A stretch of 64,000 bases of DNA, from positions 2,294,001 through 2,358,000 of the forward strand of contig OZ176056.1 in assembly GCA_964247055.1 (NCBI GenBank). Reading direction: 5' to 3'. Under the pieces are notes generated by a model. It saw only the letters and a list, made by a program, of their open reading frames with translations. It was not told the origin of the DNA and did not search any database. Positions within the stretch are counted from its first letter, which is position 1, and each line of letters starts with the position of its first letter. A program made the position numbers and the translations under genes. This DNA comes from Paragordius varius (taxonomy: Eukaryota; Animalia; Nematomorpha). Of this stretch, positions 1-12,900 are shown piece after piece.

Positions 1-860
1 AAAACTTTGGGGGTAAATTGGAATTGATTTATTTTAACATGTATCAATCACATAACTTAATTTTATTTTTGAATTGAATTATAAAAAATTTGAATATAGG
101 TGGTTTTCGAGGGTAAAAACTTGGGGTAAATATATTAGCATTTGATTTGATTTATTTTAACATGTATCTATCACAGTTGTATGTTTAAAAAGTTTACTTT
201 ATTAAAATACGTATTATGTAATCACAGTTTAACAATATTATCTGGGTAAACTTATTAAGTTTATTTTTGAATAAATTATATTTGAAAGGTAAAAAAAACT
301 TTGGGGGTGGTTTTTGAGGGAAAATATATTAGCATTGATTTGATTTCCACATGTATTAATCACATAACTTAATTTTATATTTGAATTGAATTATGAAAAA
401 AAAATTTTTAGCGTAAATGTATTAGCATTTTATTTGATTCTAATATGTATCAATCACAGAACTTACATGTTAAAAACTTTAATTCTTAAAATAAACGTTA
501 ATTAATCACAAATTCGACTTATAAATTGGTTCAATTATACATTTTTAAATATGTTTTATTTAATCACAGTTTTAACAAAATTACTTGGGTGAAATATAAA
601 TTTTATTTTTGAATGAATTGAGTTATGATGAAAAAGTTTGAAAGGTAACAAAAAACTTTGGGGGGTGGTTTTTTGAGGGTAAATATATTAGCATTTGATT
701 TGATTTTAACATGTATCAATCACAGAACCTAACATGTTTAAAAATTTATTTTCTAAAAATATGTTTTAATCAATGACAGATTATTTGACAAAATAACGTT
801 TTTTGGCTTATGGTTCAATTATACATTTTAAATGTTTTATTTAATCACATTAACAAAATT
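1..860. repeat. Degenerate intronic tandem repeat, ~180-190 bp unit, about 5 copies
   Basis: The motif 'ggggg(t)ggtttttgagggtaaatatattagcatttgatttgattttaacatgtatcaatcacag' recurs near 10, 100-180, 300-365, 410-460 and 660-725. It lies upstream of the first ADAM exon in the window. Confidence 0.75.
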
Positions 861-1229
861 TTTGTTTATTTTTATTTTTGTGGTTTTTGGATTTTTTAAG
901 GGGTGAGAGTAGATATTTTTTGGGTTTTAGGGTTTGAATTAGTTTTGGTATCAATATATTTACTTCATTTCAATCAATATCACATTTTTTAGAAAGGAAC
1001 AATTTTAAATTAGTGTTGACCCATTTTATCAAATAACTATTAATAATTATTAAATTTTTTTATAAATGAATTTTTGGTCTTCCAACAATATACAAAATTT
1101 TCGAATTAGTATATAAAAAATTCTCTTAAATTCACTTTATAAAGATGCTAAAAAATATTTGTCTTTTATGTTTTGACTTTTTAATTATTATTATAGTATA
1201 TATTTGCCAAATTTATTATTCCAATTAAG

Positions 1230-3891
1230 GTCTTACCTTGCAACGAAATGGTCAGCATGTTCCCTACAATACCTGAGTTATAGCATAGCCCGTGGGATGG
1301 ATGCTTGTCTCATGAATAAACCAGACCGTGTTTATGATACACCAATGTGTGGAAACGGTTTCTTAGAACCTGGTGAGGAGTGTGATTGCGGACTTCCTGA
1401 GGTTTTTTTTCAAATTTTGTCGGATATCGGTAAAAAATGAGTAAATTTTGTTTGAAAAATGTTTTTTTTAATAAAAGAAGTTGTTATTAACTAATTTAAA
1501 ATGTGTGTGGAAACGGTTTTTTAAAACCTAATGAGGAGTGGGATTGCGAACTTCCTGAGGTTTTTTGAAAAAAAATGAGTATTTTTGTCGGAAATTGGAA
1601 TAAAATGGGAAAATATTGTGAAAAAATCATTTTTTTAAAAAAAGAGAAGTTTTTGTTAATAACTAATTTAAAATGTGTGTGGAAACGGTTTCTTAGAATC
1701 TGGTGAGGAGTGTGATTGCGGACTTCCTGAGGTTTTTTTCTCGAAAAAATAATGAGTATTTTTGTCGGAAATTGGTAAAAAGGGAAAATATTGTTTTTTT
1801 TAGATTAATAAAAGTTTTTGTTAACTAATTTAATATGTATAAACTAAATTTTGTTGAAATCTGTAAAATTAAGGAAATTATGTTAGAAATTGGTAAATAA
1901 TTGATTTTTTAAAGTATAATGAAAATTTTATTATAAAAAATTTTTTTTAAAAAAATGAGAAGTTTTTGTAACTAATTTAAAATTTGTGGAAACGGTTTCT
2001 TAGAACCTGGGGAGGAGTGTGACTGTGGATTACCTGAGGTTTTTTTTCTAAAAAAATAGAAAGTAAATTTTGTCGGAAAATGGTGGTAAAAAATGGAAAG
2101 TTTTGTGTGAAAATATGATTTTTTGAAAAAAATGAAAAGTTTTTATTAACTAATTTAATATGTGTGAACTAAATTTTGTCGAAATCTGTAAAATTCAGGA
2201 AATTATGTTAGAAATTGGTAAATAATTGATTCTTGAAAGTACAATGAAAATTTTATTATAAAATGTTTTTTTAATAAATGAAGTTGTTATTAACTAATTT
2301 AAAATGTGTGGAAACGGTTTCTTAGAACCTGGCGAGGAGTGTGATTGCGGACTTCCTGAGGTTTTTTTTTTCGAAAAAAATAAAAAGTAAATTTTATCCG
2401 AAATTGGTGGTAAAAAATGGGAAAATATTGTAAAAAAATAAGATTTTTTTAAAGAAAAGTTTTTGTTAACTAATTTATAATGTATGTGGAATTAGTTTTT
2501 TAAAATCAAGAGAGAAGTGTGACTGCGGATTTCCTGAGTTTTTTTTTCGAAAAAATGATAAGTAAATTTTGTCCAAAATTTTGTCGGAAAATGGAAAAAT
2601 ATTGTGGAAAAATATTTTTTTTTAAAATAAAGACAAGTTTTTAACTAATTTAAAATGTGTGGAAACGGTTTCTTAGAACACGGTGAGGAATGTGATTGCG
2701 GACTTCCTGAGGTTTTTTTTTCGAAAAAAAAATAAGTAAATTTTGTCCAAAATTAGTGGTAAAAAATGGGAAAATATTGTTTTTTTAGAATAATAAAAGT
2801 TTTTATTAACTAATTTAAAATGTATAAACTAAATTTTGTCGAAATCTGTAAAATTAAGGAAATTATGTTAGAAATTGGTAAATAATTGATTCTTGAAAGT
2901 ATAATGAAAATATTGTGAAAAAATCATTTTTTTAGAATAATAAAAGTTTATATTAACTAATTTAAAATGTGTGGAAACGGTTTCTTAGAACACGGTGAGG
3001 AATGTGATTGCGGACTTCCTGAGGTTTTTTTTTCGAAAAAAAAATAAGTAAATTTTGTCCAAAATTAGTGGTAAAAAATGGGAAAATATTGTTTTTTTAG
3101 AATAATAAAAGTTTTTATTAACTAATTTAAAATGTATAAACTAAATTTTGTCGAAATCTGTAAAATTAAGGAAATTATGTTAGAAATTGGTAAATAATTG
3201 ATTCTTGAAAGTATAATGAAAATATTGTGAAAAAATCATTTTTTTAGAATAATAAAAGTTTATATTAACTAATTTAAAATGTGTGGAAACGGTTTCTTAG
3301 AACCTGGTGAGGAGTGTGATTGCGGACTTCCTGAGGTTTTTTTTCTAAAAAAATAAGTAAATTTTGTCCGAAATTGGTGGTAAAAAATGGAAAAATATTG
3401 TAAAAAATGATTTTTTTTAAAAAAAGAGAAGTTTTTGTTAATAATCAATTTAAAATGTGTGTGGAAACGGTTTTTTAAAACCTGGTTAGGTCAAAATTTC
3501 TGTCATTATATTTCCATATTTTCATAATTTATAATTAATGCTTTCTTTATAATAAGCTTTTCTCGTTAATTTAATATATTATATGATAGTTTTGTCAAAA
3601 TAAATGTTGCAATGCTAAAACATGCAAACTCGCCATCAATGCCACGTGTGCTACAGGCTCGTGTTGTAATTTTTACACATGTCAGGTATTATAATTTTTG
3701 CGAAAAATATATATATATATATATAATTTTGAACATTTTATTTAAATCTTTTTGAAAAAAAGTAAGGGAAATTTTACAGTAAAAACTGAAATTATATACG
3801 GACAAAATGTAAAGACAAATTTTTTTTCTCATACTTTTTATATCATGATTTTTTTCAATATACCTCTCATTGTTTAAAATGGCAAAGTGAA

Positions 3892-3923
<32 letters not shown>

Positions 3924-6900
3924 AACTGAATCAATTCTATATTTTACAATTGTAACTAAACAGCTTATATATATATATATATATATGAAAGACTAAGGTA
4001 CTAAAAAGTATGGTTGTCTTTATAAAAAAAATATTTGACTTTATTATTATTATATAGCAATTATAACTCAGCTAAAATTATATAAATTTATTATGAATTT
4101 TCGATTACTACAAGTAATCTTTGTCAAACTTAGAAAATAAAATTAAAATATAAACAAACTAAAATTCATTTTTTATACGTTTTGTCCGTACATAATTTCA
4201 ATTTTAACTGTAATATACTTTTTATATTCATTGCCTAATATAGATTAGACCAGCAGCTAGTTTATGTAGACCTTCTCAGGGTATTTGTGATTTACCTGAA
4301 TACTGTGATGGAAGGACAGAAAACTGCCCTCTCGATACTTTTGTGGCAGATGGGCACCCGTGTTTAACACGATACCAGTATCAAAGAGTTAATGGTATTT
4401 TATTCGATCTTGATTTTGATTTAAATGTGGTGTATTTTTATGTGATGATTTACGTTATAAAATTTTGATTAGTTTTTTAGTTTAATAGTGCGAATAAAAA
4501 TTATTTATATTAATATAAATATTCATATAAATAATTTATTTACAAAATATAATAAAACACGATAAAAATAGACAAGTTTCGAAACTCAAGCAATTAAAAG
4601 GTAACACATGACAGGTTTAAACAAAAAGTTCATGATTTTAGTGTTAAACAATTTTATCTAACGGGTATAATATAAAGATTAAAAAAATTTACAACTTAAC
4701 ATAAAATATGCACAAAAGAAACCAGTTAAAAAATATATTTTAAATTTATTTCTTTACTATATTCATTTAACCAAAATATCGTAAAATTTTAAGTAAATTT
4801 GATATTAAAACGGATTTTCGACCCGGTAAAATGATAAAAAAATATTAAATAAAATTAAGAATAATAAAATTGATCGGCCTGGTATTTATAAAGTTTATTG
4901 TGAATGTGGAAAGAGCTATATTGGTTGTAGAAAAATTATTACATTAATACCAAGCTTACCTGAAAAATTTCAGCATAAAAAATAGTTCTATTGCTAAAAA
5001 TGCTTTGAACTATGGGCACGCGCTTTTAATTATAATGATATAGAAGATTGTATCCCTTATAACCAATACATGGAGAAATTATTAATGAATCAATTAAAAT
5101 TTTATAAAATAGTACACAAACACCTTTAATCGAGAGGGTGGGTACATTTAAACCATAATTGGAAAAAGCGTTTTAAATAGTTTTTACGTGTGAAGTGCAT
5201 TTTCACACATACATTTTTAGTTGCTTAATATTATTTTATAATGGAACTCAATTTTGAGTTCCTAAACTAGTATTCTTATTGTGATTTATTATGCTTTGCT
5301 TTTTAATAAATTATTTTTTAAACAAATTCTTCAGAAAGCAAATAAATAAAATAATACCGTTATTGAAACAAAAAGTTCTCTTAATTTTTTTCGCAAATAC
5401 ATCAACTATTATTACTAAAACGAATGGTACGAAAATTTTTTCGGTTGAAACTAGATACGTATATATTAAAGAGATTTAATTGATTTTATAATTTTGTTTT
5501 ATAATTTGGAGAGATTGTGTAATATAATCTAAATTATTATATATAAAAAAATATGGAAAAATATTAAAACGAATGGGGGCATGCTTTGACAGAAAATTTA
5601 ATGGCTAAGATACATGCTCATTATAATCTTGCAAAACTTTTCACCCAACTTTTACTAATGCATATTATTTTGATTTAAAACGCAAAAACTTTTATTCTCG
5701 TAAAAATCGCAAAAAAAGTTTGGTCAAGCATCGACCAAGTTTTTTGTTTTTCACCTTTTTCCTTAAAAAAATATTTTATGATAATTTTGTTTTTGAATAT
5801 CAATCTTTTGCCCCCCATATAGCACCTCATTTGGATTCTGAAACGTTGGAATTTAAAGTTCCCAAGCCTGATGTCCTATCAAACGCTGCCAGGCATAAAT
5901 ATGAAAAAACGCATTCAACAACAAATAATAAAGATAATGTAGGCAATGTTAATGTTGGAAATGGTTTAACACAAAGCATGCATGATAGAAATGTTGGTAT
6001 TGGTATAAACAATGTCTTTTCATTTAATCGAAATGCTGGGAAAAATCAGTTGGATGCCTGGGATGAACATGAAATTATGTCCTCCACAGATTTGAGTGAT
6101 TCCTTGACTGTAAAATTTTAATTTAATTAGAGTTTTTCGGTTTTTAGCTTTTTGATTAGAAAATGTTTTTTAAATTTTATATACAAAACATAAACTGTAA
6201 AAGGCTTATAATTTATAAAAATATATATGTCGATTTTTGTTTGTATCTATAGAGGAAAATAATTAGTCTGTAAATTTTATCGTAACTCAAAACTATGGTT
6301 TATTAGAAAAAAATCCAGTCAAACATTGTTTTCCCATAAAAAAATGATGGTTTTTAACTTTTTTTTTGATGTCTAAATTATAATTTTTTCAGATCTTAGC
6401 GATTCCTTGACTGTAAATAAGTTAGTTAAGGATTTTTTGTTTTTTGATTAGACAATGTTTTTTAATTTTGTAGAAAAAGGCTAATAATTTTTTGATAAAT
6501 TATGTAAATTTTTATTAAAATTTCTCTGTAAATTTTCTCAACTATGTAAGAAAAAAATCCAGTCAAACATTGTTTTCCCATAAAAAATGATGGTTTTTAA
6601 CTTTTTGTTAATGTCTGATTTTTAATTTTTGCAAAAAAAATTTATTTTTGCCCAAATAAATAGCTTATAATCTGATATTTAAACTTTTTTGCGTTTAAAA
6701 GTAAAATCTTTTTGGTAATTTAATAGTTGTATACATGAATATTTTTCGAATTAATTTTCAGTCTCAAATATATACTTTTGTTTTGTGAAAAACTCATGAA
6801 ATAACAATACACTAAAATTTTAAATATTAGTGATGTGATTCAACAATAAAAATAAAATACTGATTTTTTTATAATTATTTTTTTTAATCCTTAAACGACA

Positions 6901-9900
6901 AAATTTTCCAAACCGTTATTTAATATATTAAAATAGAAAAATATCGTTGTCTTTATAAAACGATAACAGTTTTTTTATTTTTAAGCTGTAAATTTTAAAA
7001 TTTTCCTCTAATAAATATATTTAACGTTGAAAACATTTTATTAGCATATAAAAATTAATATTTTATATGTTTAGAATACTGAAATGGATCAATATGCATA
7101 TAAAAAGCCTCCCGAATTAACATTTTCTCGTTCTGGCACTGGAAAACGGGTTTTAGGGGCTATCGATGAAAATTATGGTATGTTTTAAAAAAAATATTAT
7201 ATTTTTTCCAGTTTAAAAACCTAATTGGGTAAATTTACAAAATTGGTATTTAATAATTTTGAATTTTAATAAATAAGAATCATATTACTTAGATTATATT
7301 TTTTTAATTTTCAAATTAAAAATTTAATAATTTTGTAATATCCCTTGTATGGGGTTAAAATTGTTATTTTTGCAATTATATCCAATTAATGTTTTATAAT
7401 CTTATTTTTTATATACTTAGTTATAAATAGGCCATTATTTATCCTTATAATTGAATATTATGTTATTTAATAAAATATAAGCGAACAATCTCGCATTAAA
7501 ACTATTTTTTAGTATTTAATTTTTTATTTTTTTTCAAAATAAAATCCCCTTCAGAACTCTGCAAAAATTTGTATACTAATAAGTGTTCAGTTTTAAAAAT
7601 AACATTTTTAAAAAATATTTATGTTTTCAAAATTTTTTAGAATTAATATTACTTTTTCCAATAAACTTTGATAGTAATATCTCCTTTTTTTAATATAATT
7701 ATTATGTCCAATATTTTTTATTATTATGATTATTTTTAAATTTACTTACTACTTTACATAACTATATTTCTAAAATTACAACATAAAAATTTTGGCATTT
7801 AAATTTAATGCTTTTTAAACTTTAATAGTAATATCTCTTTTTTTAATATAATTATTATGTCCAATATTTTTTTATGATTTCGATTATTTTCTTACAACAC
7901 TATTTTGTAAAATTACAACATGACAAAGTGCATTTAATTTTAATATTTTTTTCAATAAACTTTGATAGTAGTATCTCCTTTTTTAATATAATTATTATGT
8001 CCAATATTTTTTTGTGATTTTAATTTTATTATTTTAAATTTCCTTAGTAATTTGCAATCACACCAACACTATATCTCTAAAATTACAACATAAAAATTTT
8101 GGCATTTAAATTTAATGCTTTTTTCAATAAACTTTGGTATCTACTTTTTTATAATATAATTATTTTTTTCCAATATTTCTTCTAATTTTATTATTTTAAA
8201 TTTCCTTCCAACTTTGCACAACACTATTTTGTTTACAACATTGGAAGCAACAATACTTTTTTAAAAAAACTTTGATAGTATCTACATTTTTTAATAAAAT
8301 TATTTTTTTTACAATATTTTTTATAATATTTATTATTTTTAAATTTCCTTACACACTTTTCACTATTTCTAAAATTACAACATAAAAATGGCATTTAAAT
8401 TTAATGCTTTTTTCAATAAACTTTGATAAAACTATTTTTTAATATAATTATTATGTCCAATATGATTTCGATTATTTTAAATTTCCTTTGTACTTTACAA
8501 TTACATCAAAACTAATTCTTGAGAATTACAACATTGGAAGCAACAATACTTTTTTTAAAAAAACTATCTCTTTTTCAATATAATTATTTTTTCCAATACT
8601 TTTTTTAATTTTTATAAGTTTCTTACAACACTATTTTGCAAAATTACAACATGAAAAATGGCATTTTTTATTGTTAATTTGTTTCACTTAGAACTGTACA
8701 AAGATGTTTATGCCCGTGGTCATTGTTGGTCCGGTCAATGCAATAGTTTCGCCCGACAATGTAAACTTTTGTGGGGCCCTTCGGGGAAAATGGCTGTCCC
8801 AATGTGCTTTAAACAAAATGCTTTTGCTGATAAAACGGTTCGACAAAGAGCTAAACGACAATCTAATGTAATTTTTTTTAATTTTCTATAAATATAAACA
8901 ATTAATAAAGTAAAAACCATAATATATATTTTGTTTTAAATAATCTTTTTTTTACCTTGAATGATATATTTTTAAGTATATTGAGTATAAAACTGGTAAA
9001 ATTACATTTTATAAACAAAATGGCACTCTTCATGTGTTTCAAACAAAATGCTTTTGCTGATAAAACCGTTCGACAAAGAGCAAAACGCCAATCGAATGTA
9101 ATTTTTTTAAAAAACTGAATTGAGTTTTATAAATAAAAATTAATTTTTTATAAATTTAAACAATTAAAAAAGTAAAAACCATAATATATATTTTGTTATA
9201 AATAATCTTTTTTATTACCTTGAATGACATATTTAGTATATTGCGTATAAAACTGAAATAATTACATTTTTTAAAGTAAATGTCACTCTTCGTGTCTTAA
9301 TTAAAATGCTTTTGCTGATAAAACTGTTCGACAAAGAGCTAAACGACAATTGAATGTAATTTTTTTTGAAATAAAAATTTAAGCAATTAATAAAGTAAAA
9401 ACCTAATATATATTTTGTTATAAAATAATCTTTTTTTTTACCTTGAATGATATATTTAGTATATTGAGTATAAAACTAGAATAATTACATTTTATAAACA
9501 AAATGGCACTCTTCATGTGTCTTAACTAAAATGCTTTTGCTGATAAAACCGTTCGACAAAGAGCTAAACGACAATCGAATGTAACAACTTTTTTTTGAAA
9601 TTAAATTAATTTTTATAAAAATTTAAGCAATTAATAAAGTAAAAACCTTAATATATATTTTGTTATAAAATAATCTTTTTTTTACCTTGAATGACATATC
9701 TAGTATATTGCGTATAAAACTGGAATAATTACATTTTATAAAGTAAATGGCACTCCTCATGTGTCTTAACTAAAATGATCTTTTGCAAAAGGGTTTGACA
9801 AAAAGCTAAACGACAATCGAATGTAATTCTTTAAATAAAAATTAATAATTTTTATAAATAATTAAAGTAAAAACCATAATATATATTTTTTTACCTTGAA

Positions 9901-12900
9901 TGATATATTCAGTATATAAAGATTAAAACTAGACTAATTACATTTTATAAAAAAAATGGCACTCTTCATGTGTCTTAAACAAAATGCTTTTGCTGATAAA
10001 ACTGTTCGACAAAGAGCTAAACGACAATCGAATGTAATTCTTTTAAGATAAAAATTAATTTTTTATAAATTTAAACAATTGAAAAAGTTAAAATCATAAT
10101 ATATATTTTTTTACCTTGAATGACATATTTAGTATATTGCGTATAACACTAGACTTATTACATTTTATAAAAAATGGCACTCCTCATGTTCCTAACTAAA
10201 ATGCTTTTGCGGATAAAACTGTTCGACAAAGAGCTAAACGACAATCGAATGTAGTTTTTTTTATAAATTTAAGCAATTAAAAAAGTAAAAACCATAATAT
10301 ATATTTTGTTATAAAATAATCTTTTTTTTTACCTTGAATGACATATTTAGTATATTGAGTATAAAACTGGAATAATTACATTAAGAAAATGGCACTCTTC
10401 ATGTGTATTAAACAAAATGCTTTTGCTGATAAAACTGTTCGACAAAGAGCTAAACGACAATCGAATGTAATTTTTGAAATAAATTAAAGTTTTATAAATA
10501 TAAGCAATTTATAAGTAAAAACCATAATATATATTTTGTTATAAATAATCCTTTTTTTGGCCTTGAATGATATATTTAGTATATTGCGTATAAAACTGGA
10601 ATAATTACATTTTTTAACTAAAACGCTCTTTTGAAAAGGGTTTGAAAAGGAACGAAACGACAATTAAATGTAACTCTTTTTTTGATCAAAGATGTTAACA
10701 TATTAAAAATAAAATATTTTTTTGGAGGTAACTCTTTTTTTGTAAAAAATATAAATTTTTAAAGTAGAATATTTTTATGGTAATTTTTCCTTGATTTATT
10801 TTGATTTTTCTTCTATAAACACTTTTGCTGATAAAACGATTCGGCAAAGAGCGATACGACAATTATATGTAACTCTTTTTTTAAAAAAAAATAAATAAGA
10901 GTTGAATATTATTGAGGACAGTACATATTAAATATTTCTTTGGTATCTATAAAATCATATTTACACTAAAATAATTATATTAAGACTAAGAACATTTATA
11001 AGGGTTGTTATTTCACACTATAATTGGGCAATATGCTACACGCTAGTGTATGGAAAAAACTACAAAATGTTGAATAAAGAATTGTTTTCTTTCTTTTTTC
11101 CATACACTCGTGTGTTGCAAATTGCCCTACTATAGTGTGAAATAAGTAACCTTTAAAATTTATACTGTAATCAAAAGGCTTTAATAGATTTTCTGTGATT
11201 ATGAAAAATATTATTTTTCTATTGACCATGTATTTATTTAGATTGAGTTTAATACTAAAGTATAATTACATTTTATAAACAAAATAGGCACTCAAAAGAT
11301 AAAATAAATAACAAGTAAAGGGCTAATATTTTTTGTATAAAACGAAAACCATAATTTATAAACCATTTTGCTATTATAATCCGTTTGAGGTTGTCAAATA
11401 TCAAATAAAAATCTAAATTGGTATCTTCACAATCTATTTATTTTTACAATATTTTATAGATTAGTTTTTAATATAAAAATTGGGGAAAATATGTCTTTAT
11501 ATGCCGAAAAATATTTTACTTTTTATCTATTATATCTATTTAGTATTTCTAAATTCAATTTTCACCGATTAAAACACATAAAAGCCGGGTTTTCAACCAA
11601 GGGAAAAAATAAGGATCACTTGTATCGTTTTCTTCATATACAAAAAATATATTCTACAGTTAATATACATATTAATTTTTTAATATTTAAAACACAGAAA
11701 GAAGCCGAAAACCCAAAAAATAATTTTTATAATAACACGTCATTGTTGGCACAAACCGCCAATTATTCTAATCGATATCGACAAAGGACACAAATTAAAT
11801 CTGCCATTAATAATGATAATAAATTTTTATTAAAGTCAAATTCTACATTTTTTGCATCGAAAATAACGGAAAAAAGAAATGTAAAAACGGCACCTGGTCG
11901 ACCTACTCAACATTCTAATGGGGATTGTGGATACAATATTATACGTGATGAATATACCTCTTGTCCCAAAGAGTAAATTTTTTATTATTCAATTAATTTT
12001 TTTTAAATTCTGAGGATTTTAAAATTCGTTATTTAAATTTATAACACTAGACAACAAATATTTCTATATAATGAATCGGAGGTCCGTATACGGACCGCGT
12101 GTTGGACACCCCTGCTATTAAAATAAAATTTTGAATATAAATATAAAGCAAAAAATTTCATTCATATAATCATGTATCCTTAATTTTTTCCCATAATAAG
12201 TTTATCAATTTACATCTTTTCATAAAATATTGATTTTTTATGTTTAATATTTATTTATGTAATTGCACTTTAAAAACGTTACATTATTGAATAATTTAAA
12301 CTAAATTAAGGTAATTATCTGGTTTAAACTTTTAAAAACCAATATAAAAATCAAGGTTGGGCGATAATTTATAAATTTTAGTAATAAAAGCCAACACATC
12401 TTATGATTTTGATCAAATGAAATTTACTAATTATTGAAATTATACGGACAAAATGTATAAATATAAAGACAAAATTTTTTTTCAAAAAACTAACTTTTTT
12501 AAACCTTAATTTATCCTATAAAAATCATTTAATTACATACGTAAAATACATAGTTGATTCTGCTAATTTGCATTTCTATATTATACTTTGTAGTTTAAAG
12601 CAATGAGTTATATTAAAAAAATCATGATTTAATAAGTAGGGGGTTGTCTTTAAAAAAAAAAATATTTGTCTTTATACTTTTAAATTTTGTCCGTATAATT
12701 TCAATATTGCTTATCAAAATATATTTTTAAAGAATTTTAATATTTAAACAATCATATTTATATAATTATCCAAATATTGGGTTATTAGATTTACTGAAAT
12801 ATATTGTTTTTTTTCGTCAGTGAATATATGTGCGGTCGTTTACATTGCGTTAATGATGCCGACCGATTGGCTTATGGCGAAACATCTGGTAAAAAAGAAT

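Noticed and set aside
1345-10900. Classical mutually exclusive exon clusters (Dscam-like)
   Set aside because: The copies lack the 5' part of the exon and its acceptor, so they cannot replace the whole exon.
12078-12096. 16-bp perfect palindrome ggtccgtatacggacc
   Set aside because: Adjacent to a hAT-like terminal motif, so most likely a MITE remnant rather than a regulatory site.
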